64,000 nucleotides of DNA from Chrysomallon squamiferum. Lineage: Eukaryota > Animalia > Mollusca. The notes beneath the pieces are model-generated. The model saw nothing but the letters and a program-made list of their open reading frames with translations. It did not search any database and had not been told where the DNA came from. Position numbers and translations under genes: made by a program. Below, piece by piece: positions 15,651 through 31,039 of this stretch; the stretch's first letter is position 1; each line of letters opens with the position of its first letter. The DNA lies in the NCBI GenBank assembly GCA_012295275.1, contig CM022667.1, forward strand, positions 744,001 through 808,000, given 5' to 3'.

Positions 15651-16371
15651 ATATCTCAATTTGTATAAAGCAATAGATATGTGTATATAAATATGTCAAC
15701 ACTAAAGCCAGACAAACAAACATTAATAGATTAATCTTTGGCAAGAGCAGGTTTACCGGTGCTTGAGCTTTACTTAATTAGAACCTCGATAGTGCCATGT
15801 TTGGCTTATCCAGTGCAATTTGCTGCTTCAAGACACAGATAAGACACTGAGTTGGTTTATCAAGGAAGAATCACGACTCGAGTCTTGTAAATCAGATAAC
15901 AATCATGGTAGAAGAGTTTTTCGTGCAGAAAATCATTGGATATAATTAAGATGTTGTTTGGGTTTTGTTTGTTGTTGTTTTTGTTGTTTTTTTTGTGTGT
16001 TTTTTGGCTAAGGTTTTATTTTGATTATGATTAGAATACCAGGTAAAGAAAGTATTTAAATTTTTTTTTTTTTTTTTTTGTTACAGTTAGTTAATATTAT
16101 TTGTGATGTCATTTACATACGTGTTTATGTGTGAAATTACCATTGTGGGTTTGTTACTAAGGTTAAACTGTGGCATCTCTTATCAGATATTACTACAGTT
16201 AAACCCTGGTCTTGTTCTTTCTTTCTTTTGATGTCTTTTTTTCTGATTTTTTTCTCTCTCTTTTTAGTTTTCAGATTATTTTATGTTCTCTTTCTTTCTC
16301 TCCATGTCTCTGACATTCTCTGATTCTTCATTTTATTTTATTTTTATTTTCAGTTTATACATTTCACTCTC

Positions 16372-16402
<31 letters not shown>

Positions 16403-16482
16403 CCTGTCTTACTCTCTTTGTGGATGTTTGTGTTTGTTTATGCAGTTCTTTGGTTGCTTCTCACTCTACTGCAAATTACCTG

Positions 16483-16567
<85 letters not shown>

Positions 16568-17118
16568 CTCTCACAAACTATCTTCTCCAAAACTTAAAAC
16601 ACTTTCACCATTCTTCTCCTCCAGTATAAGAGATTAAAATAAAAAAAAACAAAAAATGCAACTAGAAAAACACTAAAATACACAAATTCTTTTGAACACA
16701 ACATCAATCATTAACAATGCTGATGTTTGTTGTTGTAAATTCTGATAAATGGTGTTTGTTAAAATACAGACAGTTGAGAATTTTTTCTTTTCTTTTTTTT
16801 TTTTTCTTGCATTTCTTTAAGTTCCATCAATCAGCTGGAACACACTTCTAAATGTTGGTGTTTGACAGACACTCTCCAAGTGCACTTCCTGGATTCCTCT
16901 CATATTTATTCTGCTAACTACATGCAGCTTTACTATTTCTGTACACTTTCAAACAGGCAGGACTTGATGTTCTTCAGTGGAAAAAGTATAGTGAAATTGT
17001 ATTGTATTTAGTTATTATTATTATAAGTTTTGTGCATGAATTTATTTTTAACAAAATGTTTTATATATATATATATATTTTTTTTTAAAGTTATTATTAT
17101 TTTTTGTATATCTGTTGT

Positions 17119-17169
<51 letters not shown>

Positions 17170-19485
17170 AAGTTAAATAAAGTAGAATCAGCAGACTTCA
17201 ATACTTAACCCCAGACACTGGAACAGTACCATATGACATGAACCACTCCAAGCCTTTCAAAATGAAGTATCTGAGAAAGCTATAATACTACAAACATATA
17301 CATGAAAACATGTACATATATACAAACATACATGCATACATACATACAGACAGACAAAAACATATTCAAAATCATGCTTCCTGAAACAATCAGAACCAAA
17401 CCCTAACAAAAAGAATCTTTTTCAAGCTATAATAATCGGGTCCAAAAATAGTCCATCTTTCGTTATAATATTTTAGATGATTAGCCTGTCACATAACTTA
17501 GCTTTTTTCATACTTAAATTCATAATCCACAGAGAGGCATGGCTAATGCTGAAACTTCCTGGAATGCCCACTGAGAGAGAGGGGAAACCTGGCATCCAGC
17601 CAGCGAGCGAGCAAACTGCCAGTGTGATAGTGACACGAATACACACACAGTCGGTAGTACGATATTGATTTTAAGTAACTGGCGATATAAACAAGTGTCA
17701 AATACCAATCAGAAATCAACACTGAACTATTTCAAACCAACAAACAGGGCTTTTGATAAGAGACAGGAAAGTCAATGAGGTAGAAACAGGAAATTAATAA
17801 TAAACTTGTAGTAGGTACAAACATAAAGTTTTTACTTATTTGAGCATCAATAAATTCATCAATACATCCATATATACATCCATCCATCCATGAATACAAT
17901 ACACAAAAAAAAAAGCTGAGGTAGAAACAGGAAATTAATATTAATATGTACTGGACCAGAATGAAAGTTTTTAGTTATACAAGCATGGACAAATCCATTC
18001 AAAATACAATACACATACAAAAACGTTAATGAGTTAGAACGGGAAATTAATTTTAACCTGTAGCTGTGTAAGTTCTGAATGGAAGCTTTAGTTATATGAG
18101 CATAGACAAATCCATTAATCTATCTTATAACAAACTTGTAAAAACATACAGAAAAACGTAATTAAGTATTACATATAGAGAGACATAATTTTGTATATAG
18201 GTTCAAATCACTGAATTTAAATACCAGTTATAAAAATATATCTAAATATAAACTTTGATATACCTTCAAATACAAAATTAAACAGATTTTAAAATTAGTT
18301 TCACTATAATTATACATATAATTTAAAAAAAAAAAAAAAATTAAAATGTCATTATTTATTTCATCAAGAGAATAAAGTAAATTTTTCAATTACTGAATTA
18401 TAAATATAAATATAATTCTTAAGAAAAATACATCTATATTTATTTCTCCAAATAGAAATGGAATCTTTTAAAATGTTAATTTTACAATTAGTGAATTATA
18501 AAGTTAAATATTATAATTTTTGTACACATATTAATGCATCTGTATTTATTCAATATATTTTAACCAATGGAATATTTATCTTTTTAAAAACTACATTTCA
18601 CAAATAGATTTATTTGGAAAAAGAAAAAAAAAAAAAAAAAAGAAAGAAAAAGAAAAATGTTGATTGCTGCTTGAAATCCTTCATGCAGGAAACGAGAGAC
18701 AAACTGAAAAGGATGTTTTATCAATACATTTACTGATTTTCATTCATTCTTCACTGATCTCAGACTGTAGTTCATGCTGACTTTAAAATCAACAGACTTT
18801 CTGGAAGTCACTTTTAAATCAAGGTCACATGGCAGGAAAACACTTTTAGACAATAAAGTGAAAAAAGAAAAGAAAAGGAAAAAAGTGATGTATACAGCTA
18901 TTTAAAATAATTCACTATTCAAGTCACATTTAAATCAGTTAATTAGTCATTCTCTATAGAAGTCAGTATTTAAATAAGTCAATTAGTCATTCACTATTTA
19001 AATTAGTTAGTCATTCACTATAATTTAATCATTAAATATTAAAATTAGCAAATCACATATTCACTGTTGTGTTAGTCATTCATTATTCAAGTCAGTCAGT
19101 TTGTATATTAAATTTGTCTCACAGCAAATCAGTCAGTTATTCAAGATTTAAATTATTCAGTTATTATATATCATTCAGTCAACATTTAAATCAGTCAATC
19201 ATTTAAACTTTAAATAAGTCTTTCAAAACTTAAATAAGTTGTACGATATTTAAATAATCATTTATTCAGTAACTGGTAATTAAAATTCTTTTTTTTCAGT
19301 CAGTAATTTAGTCAATATGATTTGGAAAGTAGATAAGTCATTCACTATTTAAGTCACTATTTAAGTCCTTGTATGCAGAGTCAATCATTCATTACAACAT
19401 TTCATTCAGTTTTATTAATCAGATTGGATAAAACTTCTTCCTTCTCCTGTTCACCTGTTCAGTTATTTCATCATTTTTCTCACCT

Positions 19486-19960
<475 letters not shown>

Positions 19961-20758
19961 TGGGTGTGGCTTTGTTGTCGAATGTTACAGATAAGGTGTG
20001 TAAACCTTCAGAAAATACCTGCCTCCAGAGAATCCCTTGTACATGTTAAACCTGAGAAAAGCTATCTGGGAGTAAGATCTTAGCCAAAGCAAGAAGCCAG
20101 GAATACGGGAAGCCTCGGAAATTATTCCAGCTGTCTTGGAGATTACCTTTCAGACTGAAAATAAAGTGGAAAAAAAAAAAAAAAAAAAAAAAAAAGCAGC
20201 AGAAGAAAAACCTGGCAACCACTTGGTGCAGTACACATTTTTCCCTGTGCAGAATAAGACAACATATGTTTTTTCTCTTGTAATGTTAAAAGATTTTTAC
20301 GAAATAGAAATTGGTGTTTCTATTATGTATGTGTTGTATGTGTGTATGCGTCTGTGTATGTATGTATCTGTATATGTAATATAATGTAATGTATGTATGT
20401 ATGTATGTGTATGTATGTATGTAATGTATGTATGTAATGTATGTATGTGTATTTGTATGTAAATATGTGTATGTGTATGTATGTTTGTATGTAATGTATA
20501 TATGTGTGTAGGGTATATGTTTGTGTATGTGAATATATAATCATATACGTACACATAGAGAGATATATAAATATAGATATATGCACATCTGTTTGTGTAT
20601 ACAGTTGTAATGTGATAATTGTTTATCTACTACTAACATATACTTCTGTCATATACGTTAAAGATTTAAGAAAAAAAAAAAAAAAAGAGGGCAAATGACT
20701 AAATAAATTAATACACACCCACATTTGTTTTAAAAAACATTTTTAAGTGTAATATTTA

Positions 20759-20809
<51 letters not shown>

Positions 20810-21315
20810 CTCTCCCATCTGTACCTCTTTATCCATAATGTGCTGTATCCTGGAACCTCAGATTAGAAATGTGTTTGTTGTTAAGTAACACCTTTCTCAC
20901 CACTTTGTGGACTCAGTGATGGATGAAGTGTAAATGTTCCTAAGTCACAGCAAGGCGATGTTCAGTCAGAACGTTTGAAAGGAAATACTTTAATTTAGTT
21001 TAAAGTCTTTATATTAGTTTCACGTCTGATCGGAAAACAAAAATAAATAAAAAAATAAAAATAAGTAAAAGGGCATATGGAAATAGTTGTCAGTAAAGAA
21101 AAGAAAGAAAAAAAAATGGAAGAAAATTTAAAAAAGAAAAAAATGAAAGTTAGGCTGTGAATTTTTTTAAACTGGAATTATAAAAAAAAAAATAAAATAA
21201 AATAAAAGAAATAAATTGGAGGATAAATTTATAGATTAAACTGCTTTAATTTAGATATGTAATTATAATATCATAATATAAATAAGAACATCAGACCATC
21301 TTATGGTATCAAAAA

Positions 21316-21420
21316 GGCTATTTCCTATTCCAATCAGATCCTGTAATAACATTAGAACGGCTATGGTATGAGTTTTCCTACCTAAGGGAAGGTACTAACA
21401 ATAGACTAGTAGCTGCTAAT
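21316..21420 (+). mobile_element. Decayed V-SINE-like fragment
   Basis: ggctatttcctattccaatcag...ggctatggtatg...gggaaggt...gctgctaat is collinear with my recollection of the V-SINE core; not aligned computationally. Confidence 0.45.
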
Positions 21421-22149
21421 GATTAATTTCCAGTCTGGGACAGAATTCTATGGCACGGTCAAAGATTGTGTACATAACAGGCATGCTTGAATGGTATCTG
21501 GTGGAAGCATGCTAAAATTATCTATAGACCTCATACACACCATAGCTAAGATTAGTGACCCAAGAATTGTCCACACCCATTATCTACAATAGCCAAGAAC
21601 AGTGGTTCTAACAATTACCCACAAAGTTCCAGTTGCTAGGAACTGTGGGTAAGAAAAATACAATATAACACTTTGTTCATCAACTCCAGAATTACATGAA
21701 TTTTGTTCATCTCTGTATACCTCCACTGAATACAACGTCACTGTATTTTGTGAATGCATAATTACATTCTCCATCGCAGAGCTTACATTACTCCTTTTAT
21801 TTAAAAAAAAAAAGAAAGAAAAATTTATTAGTTCTCTATATCATTATATAACTTCTCGTTAAGATTTCCCATTAAGCGACATTCTGTTTTTATTGCATTA
21901 TCTTCGACATGCAAGAAATGCTTTCTAAAGTTAGCTCCACATTACCACATAATGCTGAGTTATTTCTGTAATTTTTTTTTTTTTTTTTTTAATACCTTTG
22001 TGAATGGTTATCAGGAATAGCTAGCAGAGAAAATAACAAACTGCCAAGCCACTCGCTGTTATCAGTTATATCATATTGATTGTTAGCTAACAGAGAAAGA
22101 GCTGGTGCCAGGTTTGGAACAGGAGGAAAGACCATGCTATTAAAAATAG

Positions 22150-23090
22150 GAGATGAGTAGAAGACTTTTTACAGTGTAGATTCAAGAACAGTTTTGGAAA
22201 GAAATATTTGTGTTATTTGAAAATGTAACATTATGCTAGATATGGCAATTTGAGTAGAAGATTTTTTACAGAATAGATTGAAGAACAGTTTTTGGAAAAG
22301 AAAAATTCATGTTATTTTAAAAAAACATTTGTGTTATTTGAAAATGTAACATTATGCTAGATGTGGCAATTTGAGTAGAAGATTTTTTTACAGCCTAGAT
22401 TCAAGAATAATTTTGGAAAAGAAAATACCATGTTGTTTGTAACAATGCTAACAATTTGAGTAGAAGATTTTTTACAGAATAGATTGAAGAACAGTTTTTG
22501 GAAAGAAAAATCCATGTTATTTGAAAATGTAACATTATGCTAGATGTGGCAATTTGAGTAGAAGATTTTTTACAGCCTAGATTCAAGAATAATTTTGGAA
22601 AAGAAAATACCATGTTGTTTGAAAAAAAGTAACATTATGCTAGATATGACAATTTGAGTAGAAGACTTTTGCAGTCTAGATTCAAGAACAGTTTTGGAAA
22701 AGAAATATTCATGTTTAAAAAAGCAACATTATGATAGATATGGCAATTTGAGTAGAAGATTTTACTGTATTGCTTTTAGAATAATTTTGGAAAAAGAGAC
22801 AAACATATGTTATTATTAAATAATAGTATTGCAATTTGAATAAAATATTTTGACTGTATAGTTAGTTATAAGAACAATTTTAGAAGAAAAAAAGAGAAAT
22901 TTCTATGTTATTTACAAGAGTAATATTATAATTATGCCTATCTAAGTATAAGATTTTCAGTATATAGCTTTTTGAATAAATTTTGGAAAATAATAATCCA
23001 AGTCATTTAAAACAGTAACATTATGCCAGATACTGCAGTTTGATAAGAAGATTTCCATTGACATTAAGAACAGTTTTGAAAAGATTTATA
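22150..23090. repeat. Tandem repeat, ~75-120-bp degenerate unit
   Basis: Recurrent aatttgagtagaagattttt / ttcaagaacagttttggaaa / aacattatgctagat. Confidence 0.9.
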
Positions 23091-23999
23091 CCTCTGTGTG
23101 TGCTAGCATGTATGTGTCGATGTGTGCTCATGAGATAAAGGTCTCATGTTCCACATCACATAATATTGCAGTTTATGACCAGCTAAGACTGAGACTACTG
23201 TAACATGACATGTTTGATACAAGCTGAATCAATAGCAATGGATTTGATAATAACGTTTTAGTGGCTCTTCAACATGTGCTCAGATCAGAACATTTTGACT
23301 GAGTGTCAGTAATGTGTTGTACTGACACAACAGCTAAACTAACAGCCAAGACCATAGAAAATAATACATTCTATCCACTGAAATAAAAAACAAAGACTAC
23401 AGAAAACAATATATCTAATAGCCAAGACCATAGAAAACTATATATTCTATCTAATGAAAAAAAACAAAAAAACAAAGACAACAGGGAAAAAAAATGAAAA
23501 AATCCAAAGCCACAGAAAAAGATTTTCTTGCTACTGATATAAAAATCAAGGACCACAGAAAAAAGAGAAAAATCTAACTAATATCCATGACCACTGAACA
23601 TTATTTTCTGTCTAGTTATATAAAAAAGCCAAAGACCATAGAAAATTATTCTATCTACTGATATAAAAAGTTATATAAGACTGGAAAGGTAGTGCAGTTT
23701 GATTTAAGCTTTAACAAATAGAAGGAATGCTAAGATAATAGCTTTTTGAATCAACACTGTTAGTGTTAATAAATATTATAATAAATTTTACTAATACCAC
23801 TAAATGTGTCAACAGTTTGACAGCTTGACTTAAACACTGGTAACAAATATTCTACTGACTTTTTCATGACTTTTTATGAGTATTACTACATATGTTGGCA
23901 ATATGAGAGTTTCACTTCAGTTACATTAATAAATGTAATAATAACTTTTCAACAACACCACTAAATGTGTTAACACGTGTGTTAATAATTAGTTTGACT

Positions 24000-24350
24000 T
24001 AGACATTGTTAAACGTTGCAGTGACTTTCTACTGACTTTTTCATGACTTTTTACCAGCATCACTGCATGTGTTAACAATTTAATAGTTTGACAAATATTA
24101 TAATGACTTTCTGCTGAGTTTTACCAATACATTTAAACATGCTGACAATTTGACAGTTTGACTTATGCATTCTTAAATTAAATTAAATTATAATGACTTT
24201 CTTCTGAGTTTTACCAATACATTCAAACATGCTGACAATTTGACAGTTTGACTTATGCATTCTTAACAAATATTATAATGACTTTCTCTTGAGTTTTACG
24301 AATACCGTCAAACATGCTGGCCATTTAGCAGTTTGACTTAAGCATTCTCA
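24000..24350. repeat. Tandem repeat, ~85-90-bp unit
   Basis: ttataatgactttct..tgagttttaccaatac..aaacatgctg..agtttgactt occurs three times. Confidence 0.85.
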
Positions 24351-26529
24351 ACAACGGCTACTATGATAGGCTTTCTACCCAACCTTTTAATGACTTTTTT
24401 TTTTTTTTCACCAAACTTCGCTACACTGTGACAATTTCACTGGATGCTATTAATCTGGCTTTTCCTTGTTACAAGCCTTCATTTTCTGCAGACTCCCAGC
24501 CAGGATGATCAAAGGGAATTGAGAGTCCTGCTGGGAACCATTGCTTTCAGAATAATGGTTTCTGTCTTCATTACCGCAGTTAGAGCAAATCTTAATGTTC
24601 ACTTTTATATCTCGGTTACAAGCAGGAATCGTTTTGTTTCAGGGGGTTTATCGTCTGGGTTGAATAGCAGGGTGGTAGAGTGGTAGAGTGCTGTGGTGTG
24701 GTGTTTGTGTGCGATCACTTGTTGAATGATAATAAATAAGTGGATTGTAAATTTAGCATGTAGCTGGTAGAAAAATGGGTGAAATGATTTTTTTTTGTGT
24801 TTTTGAATTTATACTTTTGCCTTATTTTGTATTATTTATTTATTTATTTATTAATATTGATGATAATGATAATGAGAATAATAATGATAATGATGATAAT
24901 GATAATATTATTAATATTAATACTATTGTTGTAGTTTTTTTTCTTTGGAGTAAAAGTATTCATGACTGTTATTATTATTATTATTATTATTATATTTATT
25001 TATTTTCTTATGTATTTGGATGGGTTTTCTTTTATTTTCCTTTTTTTTGGATGGGCTAAAGTTTATATACATTAGATAAAATATCATTTTCAGCCATCAT
25101 GATACAAACCTCTAACTTCAAAATTCTTCTCTTAATTCTTTCCTCACAGTAAACAGAATGAAAACCAGATGGTCATATCAACACAACCACTTATTTCTGT
25201 TTATTTCTCTTTCCCAGGTTATGATTAATGGCTGCACAGAAATTATTGCTAAATTACTCATCTTCATCCTTCTGGTTGTCATATTGTTCTTGTTGATCAC
25301 AGAGTCAAAATAAAGGGAAGTTCTGGTAGGGGCTCATCATAAAGGCCCCAGTTTTGTATACAAAGCTCCATGTAAAATGCAGTATCAGTGTAATTAATAA
25401 TTGGATAGAACGTAATTATAGACATTACTCTTTATGTGTAATTTATCTATAAGAATTAATATGTATGTATATGTAATGTGTGTGTGAGCTGATATATATA
25501 ATGTTACTAAAAGTCATGGCTTGAGAGAATCATTCCATTTTATCTAAGCTGATATCTTACAAGGTTTTCACCCTAAGGATCATGGTTCAAATCCTCTTAG
25601 TGAAAATTGATAAACTGCCAAAACAGCTTAAACATCCTGTTGTTCAAATTCAGAAAACTATTAAGGCAACTTAATGATACTGAACATTTGTAAGAAATGC
25701 CTATGGATGCAGGATCAGTGTAACACTGTAGATTTTTTAGACACTTGTTTTCCCATTCCGGACATCGTTTTATTACTGGTATGTTCAGTGGTGTTGTTAT
25801 TTACCCAGCAGACATGCACTAATAAACTGTTGCTGTTTGCTTCAGCAGTTTGTTATGATGTGTTTGGCTATGGAATTTTTTTTCTTAGGATTGCAGATCA
25901 CTGAAAACTAAATATGTCTGAAAGCTGATTGATGTCAGTTAACTGAAGCAACATTTTGCTACACCAGCAGCAGCAGCAGCAGCAACAACAACATCAAAGA
26001 AGTTTGTAATAAAAAAAAACACACCTGAAATTGGAAGACTTTTTTTACAAAGAAAATCATTAAATAACATGTTAATATAAACACACAGACAAAAGTACAA
26101 ACAAACATCCAAAACTCAAAAATAACCCAGATCAATAAATAATCTATAAAGAACAGCCTATAAAGTTTTAATACAAATCTAAATTTAAAAAAAATACCAT
26201 CATCATCATCATCTACATGGTAAAGAAGAAATTAAAATGTTTTTATAGATATTCAAATTAAAATCTTTTTTTTTTTTTTTTTTATAATCCTGACCTAAAA
26301 ATATCACCCCTACTGAACAATGTCTTAATACACATTCAAATTTAAACAACTAAAAATAAATACTCAAAAATATCATCTGTACTGGAAAACGTTTTAAATA
26401 CACATTCAAATTTAAAACCTACCAACTATAAAGAACACATTAAAAAAAAAAAAAAAAAAAAAAATATCACCTGCACTGAAAAATTACTATATTTAATAAA
26501 ATTAAAAACAGAAAAAAAACTCCTTTGTC

Positions 26530-26850
26530 CTGTTCACCTAGCTGTGACAATCAAGCCTGTTTGATGGCTTGTAATCCGAAGATTAATACCATTGTGGTAA
26601 TTCCACGCTGCCTGCAAGAGCTCACGTCCGGAATTGGTTTACCGTTTATAATGTCTGCCTCTTATTGCATTAGATACAAATGAGATCCATTAGTAGAAAA
26701 CCATTCAGAAAAATATGCCGGGCGGCTGATTGATGCTGCACCGGCTATTGACTTTGTTGCCATGGAAATCAATGGGTATCTTTAAGCTTGTGGCATATTG
26801 CGATATATCATGACCATTCATAATGATAAATTGTGTTAGTGAATGGAACA
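26530..26850. promoter_or_regulatory. Candidate enhancer island
   Basis: Unique, CpG-containing sequence with TAATCC, TGATTGAT (26727-26734) and X-box GTTGCCATGGAAAT (26756-26769). Confidence 0.4.
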
Positions 26851-26879
26851 TAAGAAGAGTTAATCTGAAATATATATAA

Positions 26880-26949
<70 letters not shown>

Positions 26950-27349
26950 ACATTTTGGATTGGAGCAGGAATTAATAATAGGTGGTCTTATTATTAATAA
27001 AATATTAAAATGAAACCCCTACACTAACAAATTAAAAAAAGCCAACAGAATTGACCCATGCATACAGGTATTATAATACTAATATAATATGAAACATGAC
27101 TAGTTATTTAATGAAACATCCTAAACACAAAATGTTAAACTTTAGTTAATGAAAACCAGTAAACAACTTTATATCAGCAGACAGAAGATAAGTTTAATAT
27201 ATGTTCACTGTCAAGGATGCAATAAGTGTCTGTATCACATCATGCACCCTAGAGATACATCAATTAGACGTAAGCATGTTAGACTCTATGTATCTTATTG
27301 TACTCAGATTATTTCTAATTCCCTAGGTGAATTAGGCTGCAGATTAGTC

Positions 27350-27456
27350 ACTAGTGACTGAGTGTTAAAGTGTTTACTTCTTGGAATTGTTGGTTGTAAG
27401 ATCTTGTTTTAATTGGTGATCTTATCTGGCTTTTTCAGAATTTCAACAGTGCTCCT
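27350..27456 (+). mobile_element. Decayed tRNA-derived SINE head (V-SINE-like)
   Basis: agtgttaaagtg...tggttgtaagatc...ggctttttc...ttcaacagtgctcc resembles a tRNA-derived head leading into the V-domain; recognised from memory. Confidence 0.35.
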
Positions 27457-27479
27457 CTGTTCATTGCAGTTTCCTTTTG

Positions 27480-27880
27480 GTGTTAATTTGTAAGAGAAAC
27501 CCTTCTTGGATATTATTTATTATAGAATGATGTTAATTTGTAAAAGTAACACCACTGGATATTATTTATTTGTAAAAGTAACCCGAATAATTATTATTTA
27601 TTATAAAATGATGTTAATTTATTAGAGTAATCCCACTGACTATTATTTTTTATAGAATGGTGTTAATTTGTAAAAACAATCCATTGAATATTATTTATTA
27701 TGATGTTAATTTGTAAGAGTAACCCACTGAATATTATTTATCATAGAATGGTGTTAATTTTTAAGAGTAATTCAATGAATATTATTTATTATAGAACGAT
27801 TTTAATTTGTAGGCATAACTCCACTGAATATTATTTATGATAGAATGATTTTAAGTTGTAGGAGTAACCCCAATGAATGG
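27480..27880. repeat. Degenerate minisatellite
   Basis: Recurrent tgttaatttgtaagagtaa...gaatattatttattatagaatg. Confidence 0.8.
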
Positions 27881-28689
27881 TGAGGGCAGCTTTCTTTTCA
27901 TATTATTTATTACTGAATCAAATAAAAAAAATAAAACATACAGCAGTTTCATTATTTATACATTCATTCATTCCAACCGCCTTACCTATTTTATTTGCAT
28001 TTATTTAAAACACCTGTCACTCTCATATTTCTTTTCAAGTTGTCTCTGTTTTTATATTTTTTTATATTTTTTCCCTTTCAGTTTCCAAAATGCTTTTTGA
28101 TTATCTTAAAAACTACCATCTTGAAAACTGATTCTGTTTAACATTCCAGTTTTCATCTTCCTGCCAGCATTTTTTTTTTTTTTTTTTTGCCTTTTATTTT
28201 CATACTGGTCTTCAATTCTTTATTTTTTCCCCTTTTCCTTTGGGATATCTTCTTTTCCACTTTTTCTATTTTTATTATTTTTTTATTTTATTTTTATTAT
28301 TATCATTTTTTTTTTCCCCCCCTTTTCTTCAGAGATTTTTTCCCTTTGGGTTTTACATTCTAAGCAACGTTTCCATTGTTTCTATTCTGTTTACTCAGTG
28401 TGAAGAATTTGTTGCAGCCTGATGTTGGTGAATGTCTGCAATGCTGTGGTGTGTGGTGTTGAAGACTGTACCAGGTGCTGCATGACGCGAAACCTCCCTC
28501 TTGCAGTATCCAATGCACTGCACATTACACTCAGAAACAGACAGTAAGCAGAGCATTACTGTCAGCTGAATACTCACAGATTGTTTTTTTGTATGAGTAA
28601 TATTTTTACTGGTTTTTGATAGATCTATGGTTAAGAGCTCTGAATGGAATAAGAAATAAACAACATGATGAACTCATTAAGAGCTAGAA

Positions 28690-29260
28690 GAAGTTGGCTG
28701 TGTGTAATATTCTTACTCATTAGCACAAATGCAGTTCAGAGCTGTGGTTGGAATGGGAAATATACTGAAGTGGGCTGTAGTTTGTGTGTGTCATATTCTT
28801 ACTCATTAGCACACGTACAGCTCAGAGCTATGGTTGGAATAGGAAATATACTGAAGTGGGCTGTAGTTAGTGTGGGTAATATTCTTGCTCATTAGCACAC
28901 ATGCAGCTCAGAGCTATGGTTGGAATAGAGTGAGCTGTAGTTTGTGTGTGTTGGAATGGAATAAAAAATACTGAAGTGGGCTGTAGTTTTTGTATTCTTA
29001 ATCATTGTTACTGATATTGTTGGAATTGGAAATATACCAAATACAGCTCAGAGCTCAGTATGGTTGGAATTGGAAATATACAGAAATGAGCTGATTCTTG
29101 GGAAATATACTGAAGTGGCTATAGTTTGTGTGTATATTATTGTTGCTCATTAGCTCTGAGCTATGGCTGGAATAGGAAATAGCATGATGAACAAACACAC
29201 TATTAGCTAAACAATTAGAACTCAACTATAATTTGTATGTGTTATAATTTATTCTCATTA
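28690..29260. repeat. Degenerate ~90-bp tandem repeat
   Basis: Recurrent ctcattagcac...cagctcagagctatggttggaat...atactgaagtgggctgtagtt. Confidence 0.85.
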
Positions 29261-31039
29261 GCACCAAGTTATTTTTGATAAAACTAGTAAAAATGGTATG
29301 GTGGCCATACCAAAGGACACTGATGCTGTAACATGAATCACTTCAGCAAGTAAACACTGGTTACTGGTGCCTAAGCTACAGGATTATAATATGCTTCATT
29401 AAGTTTAAGAATGCTTGTTGTGGCAAGAGTAAATGGTCTAATAAAATCTTTACATTTTCAAGTTATTATTTTATAATTTTTGAAAACCTAACCTTTGCTT
29501 GATAAAGGATGATAATAAAACGGTACTGTTACAATATACGAGACTACTGCCATTTTGCTCCTTAACAAATGGAACTCTGACATATGAAGTTTAAAGTGTA
29601 ACTACGGTAAATAGCCTAATAAAACTCTTTATACTTCCAGGTTATTATTTTATTATTGTGGGTAAACCAACCTTTGCTGATAACAAAGTATGATGGTAAA
29701 ATAATATTGTTACAAAAGACTCTGGAGCTGATATTTTTATTCCTTAACAAATGGAATTGTGACATCATCATGTATATTCATAAAGTTTAAAGAGTAACAG
29801 TGGCAGTTCAAAATAAATATCTGTTAAAATTCTTTACACACTCAAGTTATTATCTGATGGTTTTGGAAGACCTAATCTTTGCTGATAATAAAGTTTTCAG
29901 ATTATAACAGAGATGTATTATTCATCTCACATCTAATATTAGCATTGCACTGGTATTAATAAAGCAATAAAACAAAATTCTATCTGGGTTTAAAGTAATT
30001 ACAGGCTAATTTTGATCTAACTGTTCACTTAACAAATATATGGATATTAAATATTTTATATTAATTACAGAATCTATATTAAGTGTTATTTTTATTGCCT
30101 GCCTCTGAAGCCTGAACTAACGGCAACAATACACAACTTTGCACTTAGCTTATTTATTATTCAAATTACATTTCCTTGATGGGTTATATACATTATTTAT
30201 TGCACACACATACCACTGGACCTTATTCAAGATGGAAATACAAGTTTCCTCTGAATATTTTTCCCATTGTGTCAAAGATCCTTTTGAAAGCTTTGGTCTC
30301 ATAGAAACTTTTCTCACTGAATGATAGCTGTAATGCATAATAAATATTTAATCAAATCAGTTTGAAAGTTGTATATGTTTCTAAGTGTGCGCACACACAC
30401 ACACACACACACAGATATGGAATATTTAATATCACTCACTTTCTTTGGCTTTTTTTTCCCTTTTCTTTATTTTTCTCTATTGGCTTTATCTTTCTCTTTC
30501 TCTCTGTCTTTTCCCCCTTCTCTCTCACCCTCCATCTGTCAGTCTTTTCTTTTTTTTTCTCTTCATTCTTCCTCCCTCCCTCTTTTCTTTTCTCTTTTAC
30601 TTTCCCTCTCTCCCTGCCAGTTCACCCTCCCCTCTATATATTTCTTCTTCATTTAACTTTTTTTATTTTTATTTTTTTTGAATCAGAATATAATCAACAC
30701 TATCACAATATTTTAAACTAAACTTTTCAGCCTACCTATTTGTTATCGCAAACCACTCACTGGGTGTAAACAAAAGTCTGGCATTTTCAGTACATACCCA
30801 GCAATTTATGTGTGTGTACACACCAGTGTCAAACTTAAAAGACTTACAGTTCTAATCTCGCTTGACTGTGATGTATGCTTTGTTGACATTTATAGATGAA
30901 AAAAAATATCAGTAAACAACATCCACTGATAACCACTCACTGCACTGATAAAAAAAAAAAATGGGATCATAGCCTAAAAACTGTTGAATTCTCATTTTAG
31001 TTGTTCTGTTATATCCTTACAGTGTTGCTAGTTTCATCT

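Noticed and set aside
17776-17930. TGAGGTAG (let-7 5' end) occurring twice
   Set aside because: It is part of a degenerate local repeat; the rest of let-7 and a hairpin are absent.
20052-20154. Minus-strand exon-like segment (good acceptor; LKGNLQDSWNNFRGFPYSWLLALAKILLPDSFSQ)
   Set aside because: The donor is weak, no partner exons were found on the minus strand, and no domain is recognisable.
25570-25605. GGTTCAAATCC B-box-like motif suggesting a tRNA
   Set aside because: No cloverleaf can be formed; at most it is a SINE relic.
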